A stretch of 56,143 nt of DNA from a virus (Duplodnaviria > Caudoviricetes): IMG/VR virus record IMGVR_UViG_3300019766_000013, positions 1 to 56,143 of that record; one strand, 5' to 3'. The notes below the pieces were generated by a model that saw only the letters and a program-made list of their open reading frames with translations, ran no database searches and was not told the origin of the DNA. Positions 34,573-43,316 of the stretch are shown here, piece after piece (the stretch's first letter is position 1; each line of letters opens with the position of its first letter). The position numbers were made by a program, and so were the translations under genes.

Positions 34573-34796
34573 GATGTCATTATACAATAGATAAAAAAAC
34601 AGGTAATAAAGTTCTTATTCCTGGTTGTATGGCAGTAGCAGTCAGTAATGATATTGATGATTGTACTTGTTTACCTAATATACATAGGCATAGAGATAAA
34701 TCTATAGACATAGAATTGAATGAGCGTGATCTAAAGGAATTAATTGAACAAAGAGAATATAAAAGAGAAAATTTACAAATTAAACTTAAAGGATAA
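34569..34796 (+). CDS. Hypothetical protein
   Basis: MRCHY...VLIPGC...CTC; ATGA overlap. Confidence 0.65.
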   Translation: MRCHYTIDKKTGNKVLIPGCMAVAVSNDIDDCTCLPNIHRHRDKSIDIELNERDLKELIEQREYKRENLQIKLKG

Positions 34797-34805
34797 AAAT
34801 CAATA

Positions 34806-34836
34806 AAGACTGTCAGAAATGATGGTCTTTTTTATT
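34806..34836 (+). terminator. Intrinsic terminator
   Basis: AAGACTGTCA-GAAA-TGATGGTCTT followed by a T-run. Confidence 0.8.
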
Positions 34837-34842
34837 ATTTAT

Positions 34843-34873
34843 TTTGGATATATTTAATATTTACGTATATTTG
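34843..34873 (+). promoter_or_regulatory. Bacteroidota promoter of the replication operon
   Basis: TTTG-N19-TATATTTG. Confidence 0.75.
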
Positions 34874-34908
34874 ATGCAATGTTAAGTTTTACAATTTAAA
34901 ATATAAAT

Positions 34909-35094
34909 ATGGCAAAAATTAAATTCTCTCAGTTATTAGACACTGAACTTAAAAAAAGAGGTATTTCTAAAACGTGGTTATCTGAATCACTACCTATGAA
35001 TTATGATACTCTATTGTATAAGTTCCGAAATAATTCTTTCTCTGAATTAGAGCAGAACTATATCAAGAGTAAGTTAAATATCAAAGATGACTAG
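34909..35094 (+). CDS. Small Cro-like HTH protein
   Basis: LKKRGISKTWLSESL.MNYDTL.YK..NNSF. Confidence 0.7.
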   Translation: MAKIKFSQLLDTELKKRGISKTWLSESLPMNYDTLLYKFRNNSFSELEQNYIKSKLNIKDD

Positions 35095-35097
35095 TTT

Positions 35098-35742
35098 ATG
35101 AAAACAAACGTGGTAATGATACGAAAGATGGATATATTCGAGATTCATCAAAGGACTAAAGACGGTATGTTTAATGCTACATATCTTCTTAAGCAATGGA
35201 ATAAAAACTCTAGTTCTGCATCTAAAACTATGGGTAACTTTATTAGAAAAGATTCTACAATAGAGTTTATTGATGCTCTTGAAAATGATGATAATCTTAA
35301 AGATGTAAAAACGCATCTTATAAAAACAAGAGGTAAACATGGTGGTACCTGGATGAGCCCTCTTTTATTTATAGATTTTGCTATGTGGTTAAATCCGTCT
35401 TTTAAAGTTAAAGTTTTACAATTTGTTTATGACCAACTTATAGAGAATAGACATTTAGCAGGAGATAATTATAATATATTAACTTCTGCCATTGTTAAGT
35501 TAAAAGGAGTCAATTATTCTTTAGTTGCTCAAGCATTAAACTATATAGTTTTTGGGCGACATGAAAAAGAACTTCGCCAGAATGCTACTCAAGCACAGTT
35601 GGACGAATTAATAAAGCTTCAGGAACAATACGCTTTTGCTATCAATATGGGCTACATAAAAACTTTTGATGGACTTATGAAAGAACTTCGTAAGAGCTGG
35701 AACTTGAAGTATAACCCTGTTTATAAATTTATTAATAAATAA
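35098..35742 (+). CDS. KilA-N domain protein
   Basis: QRTKDGMFNAT.LLKQWN...RGKHGGTWM.PLLFIDFAMWLNP.FK. Confidence 0.9.
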   Translation: MKTNVVMIRKMDIFEIHQRTKDGMFNATYLLKQWNKNSSSASKTMGNFIRKDSTIEFIDALENDDNLKDVKTHLIKTRGKHGGTWMSPLLFIDFAMWLNPSFKVKVLQFVYDQLIENRHLAGDNYNILTSAIVKLKGVNYSLVAQALNYIVFGRHEKELRQNATQAQLDELIKLQEQYAFAINMGYIKTFDGLMKELRKSWNLKYNPVYKFINK

Positions 35743-35748
35743 TATTAA

Positions 35749-36633
35749 ATGGCTGCTGAGTTACCTTATTTTAAATTCTACAGTTCTAAATGGACTGATG
35801 GAGATATAACCTTAGAGGATTTTGATGTGCAAGGATTATTTATTAATCTCTGCTCTCAATACTGGTCTAAGGATGGAGTAATTAAGCTATCTAAAATGAA
35901 AAGACGTTTTAAACATGCGAGTAAAGAAATGTTTAAAACTCTGATAGATAGCGACCTTATAAAAGTTGAAGATGATATAATTTCCATATCATTTTTAGAT
36001 GAACAACTAGAAGCTAGAAAAAAGCTATCTGAAACCAATTCACTTAACGGTAAAAAAGGGGGGAGACCTCCAAAGAAAAGCAAGAAAAAACCCACCGCTT
36101 TAAATTCGGATGCCAAAAAGAAACCGAATGAAAGCAATATAGAAGAGAAGAGAAGAGAAGAGAGTAGAGAAGAAGAGAATAGAATAGAAGATATAGAAGA
36201 AGTGTTTATCAACCCTGTTAGCCCTCTCTTTGACAAAATTAGATATAAGCATAAAAAAGAATTTCTCATTTGTGCTGAAATGTTTGATAAGGATATCATT
36301 CCAAAAAACGAAGAAGGAAAAATGAACTGGGTGCAAACCTTTGATCGACTTGTTCGTATAGATAAGTATTCTCCTCAAAGAATTGTTGATCTTGTGACAT
36401 TTGCGAGAAAAGATAAATTCTGGAGAAAGAACCTTTTATCTTTTTTAGCACTTAGAAAGAAAAACGACTCTGGAGTAATGAAAATTAAATCAATTGAAGC
36501 TCAATACAAACCTACGTTAAATAAAAAGAAAGAAAATAATGGAGAGTCTAGAGGAAATAACAAACAGGCATCTACTTTCTTACCAGAAGGCGAAAGAGAC
36601 TATAATGCTACATCCTTTACGCCTAAACAGTGA
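35749..36633 (+). CDS. Phage replication initiator (DUF1376/YdaU-like N-terminus)
   Basis: LPYFKF...W..G...QGLFINLC..YW; NGKKGGRP; repetitive E/R linker; D.FW..N C-domain. Confidence 0.75.
   Translation: MAAELPYFKFYSSKWTDGDITLEDFDVQGLFINLCSQYWSKDGVIKLSKMKRRFKHASKEMFKTLIDSDLIKVEDDIISISFLDEQLEARKKLSETNSLNGKKGGRPPKKSKKKPTALNSDAKKKPNESNIEEKRREESREEENRIEDIEEVFINPVSPLFDKIRYKHKKEFLICAEMFDKDIIPKNEEGKMNWVQTFDRLVRIDKYSPQRIVDLVTFARKDKFWRKNLLSFLALRKKNDSGVMKIKSIEAQYKPTLNKKKENNGESRGNNKQASTFLPEGERDYNATSFTPKQ
36141..36202 (+). repeat. Purine-rich AGAAG/AGAAT pentamer tract, candidate origin element
   Basis: agaagagaagagaagagaagagagtagagaagaagagaatagaatagaagatatagaagaag inside the initiator gene. Confidence 0.5.
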
Positions 36634-37189
36634 TTTAAAAACTTTAAAACATGCATATAATATTATTGCAAAGAGTATATGTTTTAATCGCTCAGCAACA
36701 GAATATGAGTACGATAATGACAATAAGGATCAAATCGTAGAGATACTTAAATATTTGATATGTGATACGACTTGCAAATATGAATTAAACAAAGGATTAT
36801 TTTTGATGGGTGGAGTTGGTACAGGAAAAACTATGATAATAGAAATTATAAGAGAGGTTGTTATTAGCATTCGTAAAAATATTGAAATATTTGATGCAAG
36901 AAATATAAACTCTATGTACAAAAATGAAGACGATATAAGACATCTATGTGACGGTCTGATTTGTATTGATGATTTAGGGACAGAAGATGATATAATAAAA
37001 GATTTTGGAACTAAGAAAACACCAATGCACGAATTAATTAGTGCTAGGTATAGAAAAAAAAGGTATACCATAATGACAAGTAATCTTACTATTGAGATGA
37101 TGAACCAAAAGTATGATATTAGATTTATGGATAGATGCAATGAAATGTTTAATATTATCAATTTTAATGGTAAAAGCAGAAGAAAATAA
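36539..37189 (+). CDS. DnaC/IstB-like AAA+ helicase loader
   Basis: Walker A GGVGTGKT, Walker B ICIDDLG, RY...TIMTSNL, DR..EM. Confidence 0.85.
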   Translation: MESLEEITNRHLLSYQKAKETIMLHPLRLNSDLKTLKHAYNIIAKSICFNRSATEYEYDNDNKDQIVEILKYLICDTTCKYELNKGLFLMGGVGTGKTMIIEIIREVVISIRKNIEIFDARNINSMYKNEDDIRHLCDGLICIDDLGTEDDIIKDFGTKKTPMHELISARYRKKRYTIMTSNLTIEMMNQKYDIRFMDRCNEMFNIINFNGKSRRK

Positions 37190-37212
37190 ACTAAAAACCA
37201 GGAGGAAAAACA

Positions 37213-37377
37213 ATGAAAAAAGGATTTATTGATTTAGCAAAAGAAAAGTTAGAAATTTTAAAAGATTTAAGACTTAAGTATTCTGTCGAGCTTAATTATG
37301 CAGAATCAGTGAGAGTAAACGATAGGATTGAGTTTATTAAAGTTAATCCAGATTTATTTAAAGTTTGCTTAAACTAG
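37213..37377 (+). CDS. Small hypothetical protein (54 aa; not in the ORF track)
   Basis: MKKGFIDLAKEKLEIL...FKVCLN*, preceded by GGAGG. Confidence 0.5.
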   Translation: MKKGFIDLAKEKLEILKDLRLKYSVELNYAESVRVNDRIEFIKVNPDLFKVCLN

Positions 37378-37382
37378 TTGAT

Positions 37383-37640
37383 ATGCCAGAGAAGATTCCA
37401 TTGGAAGCCTTACTAAAGTATGCAAATGAAAGCATAAAAAAGAAGGATATTGAACTAGGAAAGCTTAAAGCTAGAATAGAAGAGCTATAATACTTATCTA
37501 AGGAAGAGTTACACGAGATTAAAACACATGAGGTGTATAATGAACTCAGAAACCAGTTAAAGACTGCGAGAAAGAGTATTAAAGCACTTAGAAAAGAGAA
37601 TAGAGAATTAGTTATTAAAAACCTAAATATTATATCATGA
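37383..37640 (+). pseudogene. Coiled-coil gene interrupted by an in-frame TAA (37488-37490)
   Basis: MPEKIP...IELGKLKARIEEL*YLSKEEL...NLNIIS*; the final TGA overlaps the next ATG (ATGA). Confidence 0.6.
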
Positions 37641-37888
37641 ATGTATCTGAACAAGTAATTTTTGATGCAGCTAAAATTACATTAATAGATTGTAAGATTG
37701 CGCAACTAAAGGAAGAAGTAAGAATTGCTAATCACACAAAGTTTACAACTACTTCAAAAGAAGTCAATACAGAATTAAACGAGAATGAAATAAGAATATT
37801 TAATAAAATAGGTATTCTTGAAACTCAAAAAGTTAAAATCATCGAGTATTCTAAATATTTAAACAAAATTATAAGAGAGGACAAGTAA
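37637..37888 (+). CDS. Hypothetical protein
   Basis: 83-aa ORF with coupled stop/start. Confidence 0.6.
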   Translation: MNVSEQVIFDAAKITLIDCKIAQLKEEVRIANHTKFTTTSKEVNTELNENEIRIFNKIGILETQKVKIIEYSKYLNKIIREDK

Positions 37889-38460
37889 TGAAAAAGGCAT
37901 TAGAAAATTTAGAGAAATCTATAGTATTGCTATCGTTTTCGTTTGTAGTTTGTATGATAGTAAATTATACTTGTATTTTGCTTGGATTATCAGACTATGA
38001 CAGAGGGTTATTCGTAGGTCTTATTGTTATGTGGGCTAATGGATTATTCTATAACTTTATGAAAGAGTTTAAGGCTAAAAAATGGGTAGATAGCAGCAAA
38101 AAGGCATTTGGTGTTAAATGCAAATTATTTTTTATTATCAAATCAGGTACAGACAATAGACATATTTATTATATTAGAATAATAGGCAAAGGCGAGAAAT
38201 TCTACAGAATATTAAAATCAAAAAAGCGAGTTGCATTCTTAAGTAAATATGTATTATCATTTATAGCAATACTCGGTATGATATTTACTTGTGTTTTATT
38301 TCCTCTGTATTGTATCATCAACGGAATATATTTATATTTCTTAGGATTGAAAAACTTTATTACTGATAGTTGTTGGTGTGAAGGAGTAAAATTCTTTGGT
38401 TGGGTTAATATTATTATTTCATTAGCAGCAATTGCTTGCTTAATTATATTGGAGGTTTGA
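37888..38460 (+). CDS. Hypothetical multi-pass membrane protein
   Basis: About four hydrophobic segments. Confidence 0.6.
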   Translation: MKKALENLEKSIVLLSFSFVVCMIVNYTCILLGLSDYDRGLFVGLIVMWANGLFYNFMKEFKAKKWVDSSKKAFGVKCKLFFIIKSGTDNRHIYYIRIIGKGEKFYRILKSKKRVAFLSKYVLSFIAILGMIFTCVLFPLYCIINGIYLYFLGLKNFITDSCWCEGVKFFGWVNIIISLAAIACLIILEV

Positions 38461-38461
38461 G

Positions 38462-39274
38462 ATGGAAACAACAAACTTATACAATGACCATTTCCAAAAC
38501 TTTAAAACTTACGGAATACCAAAGGCGCAATTGATTATTGCAGATATTCCTTATAATATTGGTAAAAACGCATACGGATCCAATCCTAGTTGGTATGTTG
38601 ACGGAGATAATAAAAACGGAGAATCAGAATTAGCAGGTAAAGAGTTTTTTGATACAGACAAAGACTTTCGACCTGCTGAGTTTATGCACTTTTGTAGTAA
38701 GATGCTTAAAAAAGAACCCAAAGCAAAAGGACAAGCACCTTGTATGATTGTGTTTTGTGCTTTTGAGCAACAGTTTAATTTAATAGAACTTGCCAAAAGA
38801 TATGGATTACCAAATTATATAAATTTAGTTTTTCGTAAGAACTTTTCTGCACAGGTTTTAAAAGCCAATATGCGTGTTGTTGGCAATTGTGAATATGGAT
38901 TATTATTTTATCGTGATAAGTTGCCTAAATTCAATAATAATGGCAAAATGATAATGAACTGCATCGACTGGGAGCGTGATAATAAAAATATACCTAAAAT
39001 ACACCCTACTCAAAAGCCAATAGAACTACTTAAAAAACTAATAGAAATATTTACAGATGAAAATGATGTAGTTATTGATCCGTGTGCTGGAAGTGGCTCA
39101 ACTTTAGTAGCTGCAATAGAATCTAACCGCAAGGCATATGGGTTTGAGATTAAAAAAGATTTTCACAAGTCTGCTACTGAGTTTATAGATTCAGTAAAAC
39201 AAAAGAAATCAGATATTGAGCAATTTGGTTATGCTAAATCAGAAGTAGAAAAAGATTATCCAGTTTTATTTTAA
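38462..39274 (+). CDS. Amino (N6-A/N4-C) DNA methyltransferase, beta-class order
   Basis: IADIPY, HPTQKP, VIDPCAGSGST, GFEI. Confidence 0.92.
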   Translation: METTNLYNDHFQNFKTYGIPKAQLIIADIPYNIGKNAYGSNPSWYVDGDNKNGESELAGKEFFDTDKDFRPAEFMHFCSKMLKKEPKAKGQAPCMIVFCAFEQQFNLIELAKRYGLPNYINLVFRKNFSAQVLKANMRVVGNCEYGLLFYRDKLPKFNNNGKMIMNCIDWERDNKNIPKIHPTQKPIELLKKLIEIFTDENDVVIDPCAGSGSTLVAAIESNRKAYGFEIKKDFHKSATEFIDSVKQKKSDIEQFGYAKSEVEKDYPVLF

Positions 39275-39291
39275 AATAATTATAAAAAATA

Positions 39292-39732
39292 ATGAATAAG
39301 TTAAAACTAACAAAACGACCAAATCATAGTTATTTCTATATCAAAGATGAAATACTATGTGAGCGTTATGAAAAATTCGGTAACGCTCTATCAACTCAGA
39401 TAATAAAGGTAGAAGGAATGAAAGACATAAGTAAATGTTATGAAGAAGATATTACTAATCTTGAAAATAATTGTGTTGCTTGCAATTGTGGTATAATGTT
39501 ATTTGAGCCAGCTACGGACAAACCTAAGCGTTCTGAAGATGTTCCAGAGTACAGTGTAGATGTTTGTGTTATTGATGAAAATAATATAAATGGCTTAGCG
39601 TTCTACGACTTTGAAGATGACGAATGGCATTTTCATACTGATACTCTAATAGATTATAATGAGACAGGAAACGAAACTAAATGGAGATGGTATTATCCAT
39701 CAGTAACAAGTAAAGAAATTATTAATTTATAA
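39292..39732 (+). CDS. Hypothetical protein
   Basis: 146-aa ORF. Confidence 0.65.
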   Translation: MNKLKLTKRPNHSYFYIKDEILCERYEKFGNALSTQIIKVEGMKDISKCYEEDITNLENNCVACNCGIMLFEPATDKPKRSEDVPEYSVDVCVIDENNINGLAFYDFEDDEWHFHTDTLIDYNETGNETKWRWYYPSVTSKEIINL

Positions 39733-39743
39733 AGAGGAAAATA

Positions 39744-40331
39744 ATGCCAACTACAAAACATACACTAAAAGTTGCTAGAGCAACCAAAGAAGAGATAGAC
39801 AAGGTTAGAGATATATTAAATGAGATAGCTTCACTTGATAATTATTTTTCTCATGAATATTATGACGAAGCAATCAAAGATAATAAAGATGATTTCCCTT
39901 TCCTTTCAAAAATACTTACAGATGATAGAGATGATTTTATTACTTCTCTAGTTAGATTAATTAACAACATAAGTCATGAGAAAGTTATATTTAATCTTGA
40001 TGTACTTATGGATAATTGTGCAGATCTAAGTGCAGATACCCTAGAGTTTAACAAACATATTACTAAAGGGCTTGAATTACTTGATAAGCACCAGTGGATT
40101 AGTGTTGAAGATGAATTGCCAATTCCGGAAAAAAACATAGAAGTTATAGGATATAATTCTGAATGGATTAACGAGGATTTTAATCCTAATGGTACTCGTA
40201 TTTGTTGTTTTATAGATAATGAAGAATGGACTACTGCAAAGTGGAATGATATTCATGATTGCTATATTTCTACATCAAAAGATAGTCCTACTCATTGGAT
40301 GCAAATACTGAAATCTCCTAAAAATAATTAA
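39744..40331 (+). CDS. Hypothetical protein with C-terminal DUF551-like domain
   Basis: QWISVEDELP...PTHWM. Confidence 0.75.
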   Translation: MPTTKHTLKVARATKEEIDKVRDILNEIASLDNYFSHEYYDEAIKDNKDDFPFLSKILTDDRDDFITSLVRLINNISHEKVIFNLDVLMDNCADLSADTLEFNKHITKGLELLDKHQWISVEDELPIPEKNIEVIGYNSEWINEDFNPNGTRICCFIDNEEWTTAKWNDIHDCYISTSKDSPTHWMQILKSPKNN

Positions 40332-40435
40332 AGAGGAAATTATGGACCAGAATACACAATTTACACTAGGAGCCATTACTGCAGTTGCATTAGTTGCATT
40401 TGCTTATTATTTAGCAAAAAGAAAGGAAAAGAAAA

Positions 40436-40768
40436 ATGACTAAACAAATATACGAATTAGTACCATTAAGTACAGAAAAGCCTAAGAAGGGTTCTCTTCA
40501 AACCATTCAGATAAAAGTAATTGAAGTATGTCCAAAATTAGATAACCGAATACATGAAGGTTTATCAGGTTTATTTCCTTGGGATGGAAAGATGTTTTAT
40601 GTAACAATATACGAAAACGGAGAGTATAAAAAATATAATGCAGTTGAGTATATGATCAAAAAGAATCTTAAAGATCTTTCTCTTAATAAAAAGGTTGAAG
40701 TATCCTGGTTTAAATTAATTGAAAATACAAACAAATTAGTATATGAATGGGAAAATGAAATATTATAG
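40436..40768 (+). CDS. Hypothetical protein
   Basis: 110-aa ORF, last of the plus-strand arm. Confidence 0.6.
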   Translation: MTKQIYELVPLSTEKPKKGSLQTIQIKVIEVCPKLDNRIHEGLSGLFPWDGKMFYVTIYENGEYKKYNAVEYMIKKNLKDLSLNKKVEVSWFKLIENTNKLVYEWENEIL

Positions 40769-40808
40769 ATCATAAGTAAATCAGTAGTTCGGGATTTCCG
40801 AACACCTT

Positions 40809-40841
40809 AAGGACCTCATTATTAATTTAGTGAGGTCTTTC
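40809..40841. terminator. Terminator hairpin at the convergence of the two arms
   Basis: AAGGACCTCATTA...TAGTGAGGTCTTT; a second hairpin AAAAGCTG...CAGCTTTT at ~40870-40903. Confidence 0.7.
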
Positions 40842-40936
40842 TTATATCTATACTATTAATTAAAGATAAAAAAGCTGAATGCAAACTAATACACCCAGCT
40901 TTTAAAATTAACCTAAATATGAATTATATGAGCAAA

Positions 40937-41530
40937 TCAAAATTTTATACCATAACTCAAGAAATGTATATTAGTATCCCCATACCTAACAAAGTCATAA
41001 CTATAGGTAGTTTGTTTCTTTGTTAAATACATAAAACCTAATTTACCTGAGAACTCATTACCATAACCTAACCCTGCATTGAAAAATATTCCTTGTTGAG
41101 GTATATTTACCGTTTGAAATACATCTACTGGATACGGTATTGGCTTTTCTATTATCTTTTCTTGATATTTATATATAGGTTTATACGTATAATCTATTGA
41201 AAAAAGCTCTTTTGCTTTGATTTGAAGCTTTAAATCGATAGAATCGTTCATTATACTATCCATATATGTTTTAGTGTCTTTAACAGGCTTATCTCGCCAT
41301 CTTGTTCTATATATTATAGAATCCTTTCCTTTTATTATCTTAGGAGGTAAAGTGATAGTATCTGGAGGAAGAGCAAGAATAGAATCATACTTGAATTTTA
41401 ATGATTTTATCTCCTGACTCAATAAGTAACATTTATCTTTATAGTTTGAACATGATTTATAAGATATCATATTTAAAACTATAAGTCCAATAAATACTAT
41501 TAATCCTATTTTTTGAAAGAAGTTTTTCAT
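40937..41530 (-). CDS. Lysis-associated membrane-anchored protein (possible spanin-like)
   Basis: Start MKNFFQKIG (41530) with N-terminal TM; beta-rich end ...SYGIKF; last gene of the lysis cassette. Confidence 0.55.
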   Translation of the reverse strand: MKNFFQKIGLIVFIGLIVLNMISYKSCSNYKDKCYLLSQEIKSLKFKYDSILALPPDTITLPPKIIKGKDSIIYRTRWRDKPVKDTKTYMDSIMNDSIDLKLQIKAKELFSIDYTYKPIYKYQEKIIEKPIPYPVDVFQTVNIPQQGIFFNAGLGYGNEFSGKLGFMYLTKKQTTYSYDFVRYGDTNIHFLSYGIKF

Positions 41531-41721
41531 TATTTCTTCTCCTCTTTTTTTCTTCCAGGATACATAATGAATGTAAACATTACAGGCAAACCTAAACAAA
41601 CCTGTGTAAGTGTTGCCTTTTCAAACCATACTAAAACCATAGCCATTATAAAAATAAGTATAGCTACAATATTAGATTTCTTATGTTTTAATCCATTTTT
41701 AATTATTTCTATTGCTTTCAT
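41530..41721 (-). CDS. Putative small holin
   Basis: 63 aa, two TMs, charged tail; near the endolysin. Confidence 0.55.
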   Translation of the reverse strand: MKAIEIIKNGLKHKKSNIVAILIFIMAMVLVWFEKATLTQVCLGLPVMFTFIMYPGRKKEEKK

Positions 41722-41731
41722 ATCTCTTTAT

Positions 41732-41941
41732 TTATGGTTTAATAATCCATGCTTTAGATTCATACTCTTCTGGAGTTAATTTCCTTTCTTTCTTAGTCAT
41801 TATATTACGAACTCTGAAGTGAAGAAAATAGTTTTCATCCATTCTTAATTTTAAAACTTCTTTACTTGTAAAGTGAGGGAGCTTTATTACGTTACCACAA
41901 GCAAAACTAAGTACTTTATTTATTACATCTCTTAATTTCAT
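41732..41941 (-). CDS. Hypothetical protein
   Basis: 69-aa ORF overlapping the endolysin stop. Confidence 0.55.
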   Translation of the reverse strand: MKLRDVINKVLSFACGNVIKLPHFTSKEVLKLRMDENYFLHFRVRNIMTKKERKLTPEEYESKAWIIKP

Positions 41942-42432
41942 ACTTCCACGTTATATATAATCTCACTTAATCTTTTTGCTCTTATTCCCACCTGTTCAGC
42001 CCATAAGCTATTAAGCATCTCCTTAGCAGCATCTTTGTATCGTTGCTCTTTTAATGCTTTTAAGGTGTTTGTAAATTTCATTAATCCATTTACACCCATA
42101 TTAAAAGACATATCAATTAAAACGCTTATAACCTCCTCAGGATATCTCTCCAAGTTCTCTATCTTATCATCAAGTTCTAAAATAGTTTTTGTTATATCAT
42201 TCTGTAATAAATAACCTGCATCTTTTTCAGATATAGGAAACTTATCAAAATGCGTTTTCACATCTTTAGGGGATAAATTACTATAGCCTATAATACGTAT
42301 TTGTTCCTCGTTTGTCAAAGGATTAGTTTCAAGATTACGTCCATATCCTACACTCCAGTATCCCATAGTACACTTATAAGGCTTAGAAGAAAATCCTTCT
42401 TCTCTTTTTAATCTATCTATAGTTGTTTCCAT
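41938..42432 (-). CDS. Endolysin, T4-like lysozyme (GH24)
   Basis: EEG....PYKC.MGYWSVGYGRNL; DMSFNMG..GL.KF; AAKEMLNS.WA.QVG.RA.RL. Confidence 0.9.
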   Translation of the reverse strand: METTIDRLKREEGFSSKPYKCTMGYWSVGYGRNLETNPLTNEEQIRIIGYSNLSPKDVKTHFDKFPISEKDAGYLLQNDITKTILELDDKIENLERYPEEVISVLIDMSFNMGVNGLMKFTNTLKALKEQRYKDAAKEMLNSLWAEQVGIRAKRLSEIIYNVEV

Positions 42433-42439
42433 TCACGTT

Positions 42440-42733
42440 TTAGTTTGATTTTATTTCATTTGGTGGTATGTTATTTATTGGCATATTATCAACTTTCCTA
42501 CGTATATATCTTAATTCAACTAAGATTAGTTGATCTAACTCTTTTCTTTGAGCTTCCTGTTTTTGTATTTCTGAATCAACATATGTTTTATCAGCTTTCT
42601 TATCTTTAAGTTCTGAAACGTCATTTAGTGCTTTTTTTCCAAAGTAAGAAAACACACCCACAAGTATATAAACTACATACTGAAGAGCTTCACGAATAAC
42701 ATCTATATTATTATTTCCTCCGCCTAAGTCCAT
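42440..42733 (-). CDS. Single-TM plus coiled-coil lysis-associated protein (holin-like)
   Basis: One TM followed by a coiled coil, directly upstream of the endolysin. Confidence 0.55.
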   Translation of the reverse strand: MDLGGGNNNIDVIREALQYVVYILVGVFSYFGKKALNDVSELKDKKADKTYVDSEIQKQEAQRKELDQLILVELRYIRRKVDNMPINNIPPNEIKSN

Positions 42734-43139
42734 GTATAATTAATTTTAATATAGCAATTAGACCTAAAACAGAAGCATAAAATACAGCTCCTATACAATT
42801 CCCCATTATTGCCATGTATTCGTCATAACTTCTTGCATGTATACCTATAATTATCAAAAAGCCAGTAAACGCCAAAAGATAAATTAAATAAAACTTTATA
42901 GCATTCTTTGCATTATCAGTTAATTGTTTCTTTTTAAATGCCAACAAAAACACCAAACTAACTACAGATAGATTAGTTAAACTAAAATAGATTACACTAA
43001 ATAAGATAGATCTACTTTCGTCTGCAAAATGATATATAGTCATACACGTAAAAAATACGTATATGACTAATTCTATCACTTTTGAAATGTATTTATCCGT
43101 TACTTTCATCAGTTTGTGGATTAATCTTTTCATTTCCAT
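42711..43139 (-). CDS. Four-TM membrane protein in the lysis cassette (start may be 43109)
   Basis: Four hydrophobic segments. Confidence 0.6.
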   Translation of the reverse strand: MEMKRLIHKLMKVTDKYISKVIELVIYVFFTCMTIYHFADESRSILFSVIYFSLTNLSVVSLVFLLAFKKKQLTDNAKNAIKFYLIYLLAFTGFLIIIGIHARSYDEYMAIMGNCIGAVFYASVLGLIAILKLIIHGLRRRK

Positions 43140-43179
43140 CTTTAGGATCTGTAGGTACTTCTGGAACTCCGTTTGGCAT
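43093..43179 (-). CDS. Possible 28-aa Pro/acidic leader ORF
   Basis: MPNGVPEVPTDPKDGNEKINPQTDESNG*; first ATG-initiated ORF of any length after the lysis promoter. Confidence 0.35.
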   Translation of the reverse strand: MPNGVPEVPTDPKDGNEKINPQTDESNG

Positions 43180-43209
43180 GTCGTAAATATTTATAGGTTA
43201 AACATATAA

Positions 43210-43240
43210 CAAATGTAAAGGTTTTTTGCTTAAATACAAA
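43210..43240 (-). promoter_or_regulatory. Bacteroidota promoter of the lysis cassette
   Basis: Minus strand TTTG-N19-TACATTTG. Confidence 0.75.
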
Positions 43241-43316
43241 ATTGTTAATTTTTAAGAAACTGACAGTTTATCGTCTGTTATCAGCTTCTTGCCTCTTGTG
43301 AATTCTTAAGTATTTT

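Noticed and set aside
32241-37490. Genome-wide stop-codon reassignment
   Set aside because: TAA, TAG and TGA all terminate well-packed genes, long genes are uninterrupted, and there is no suppressor tRNA.
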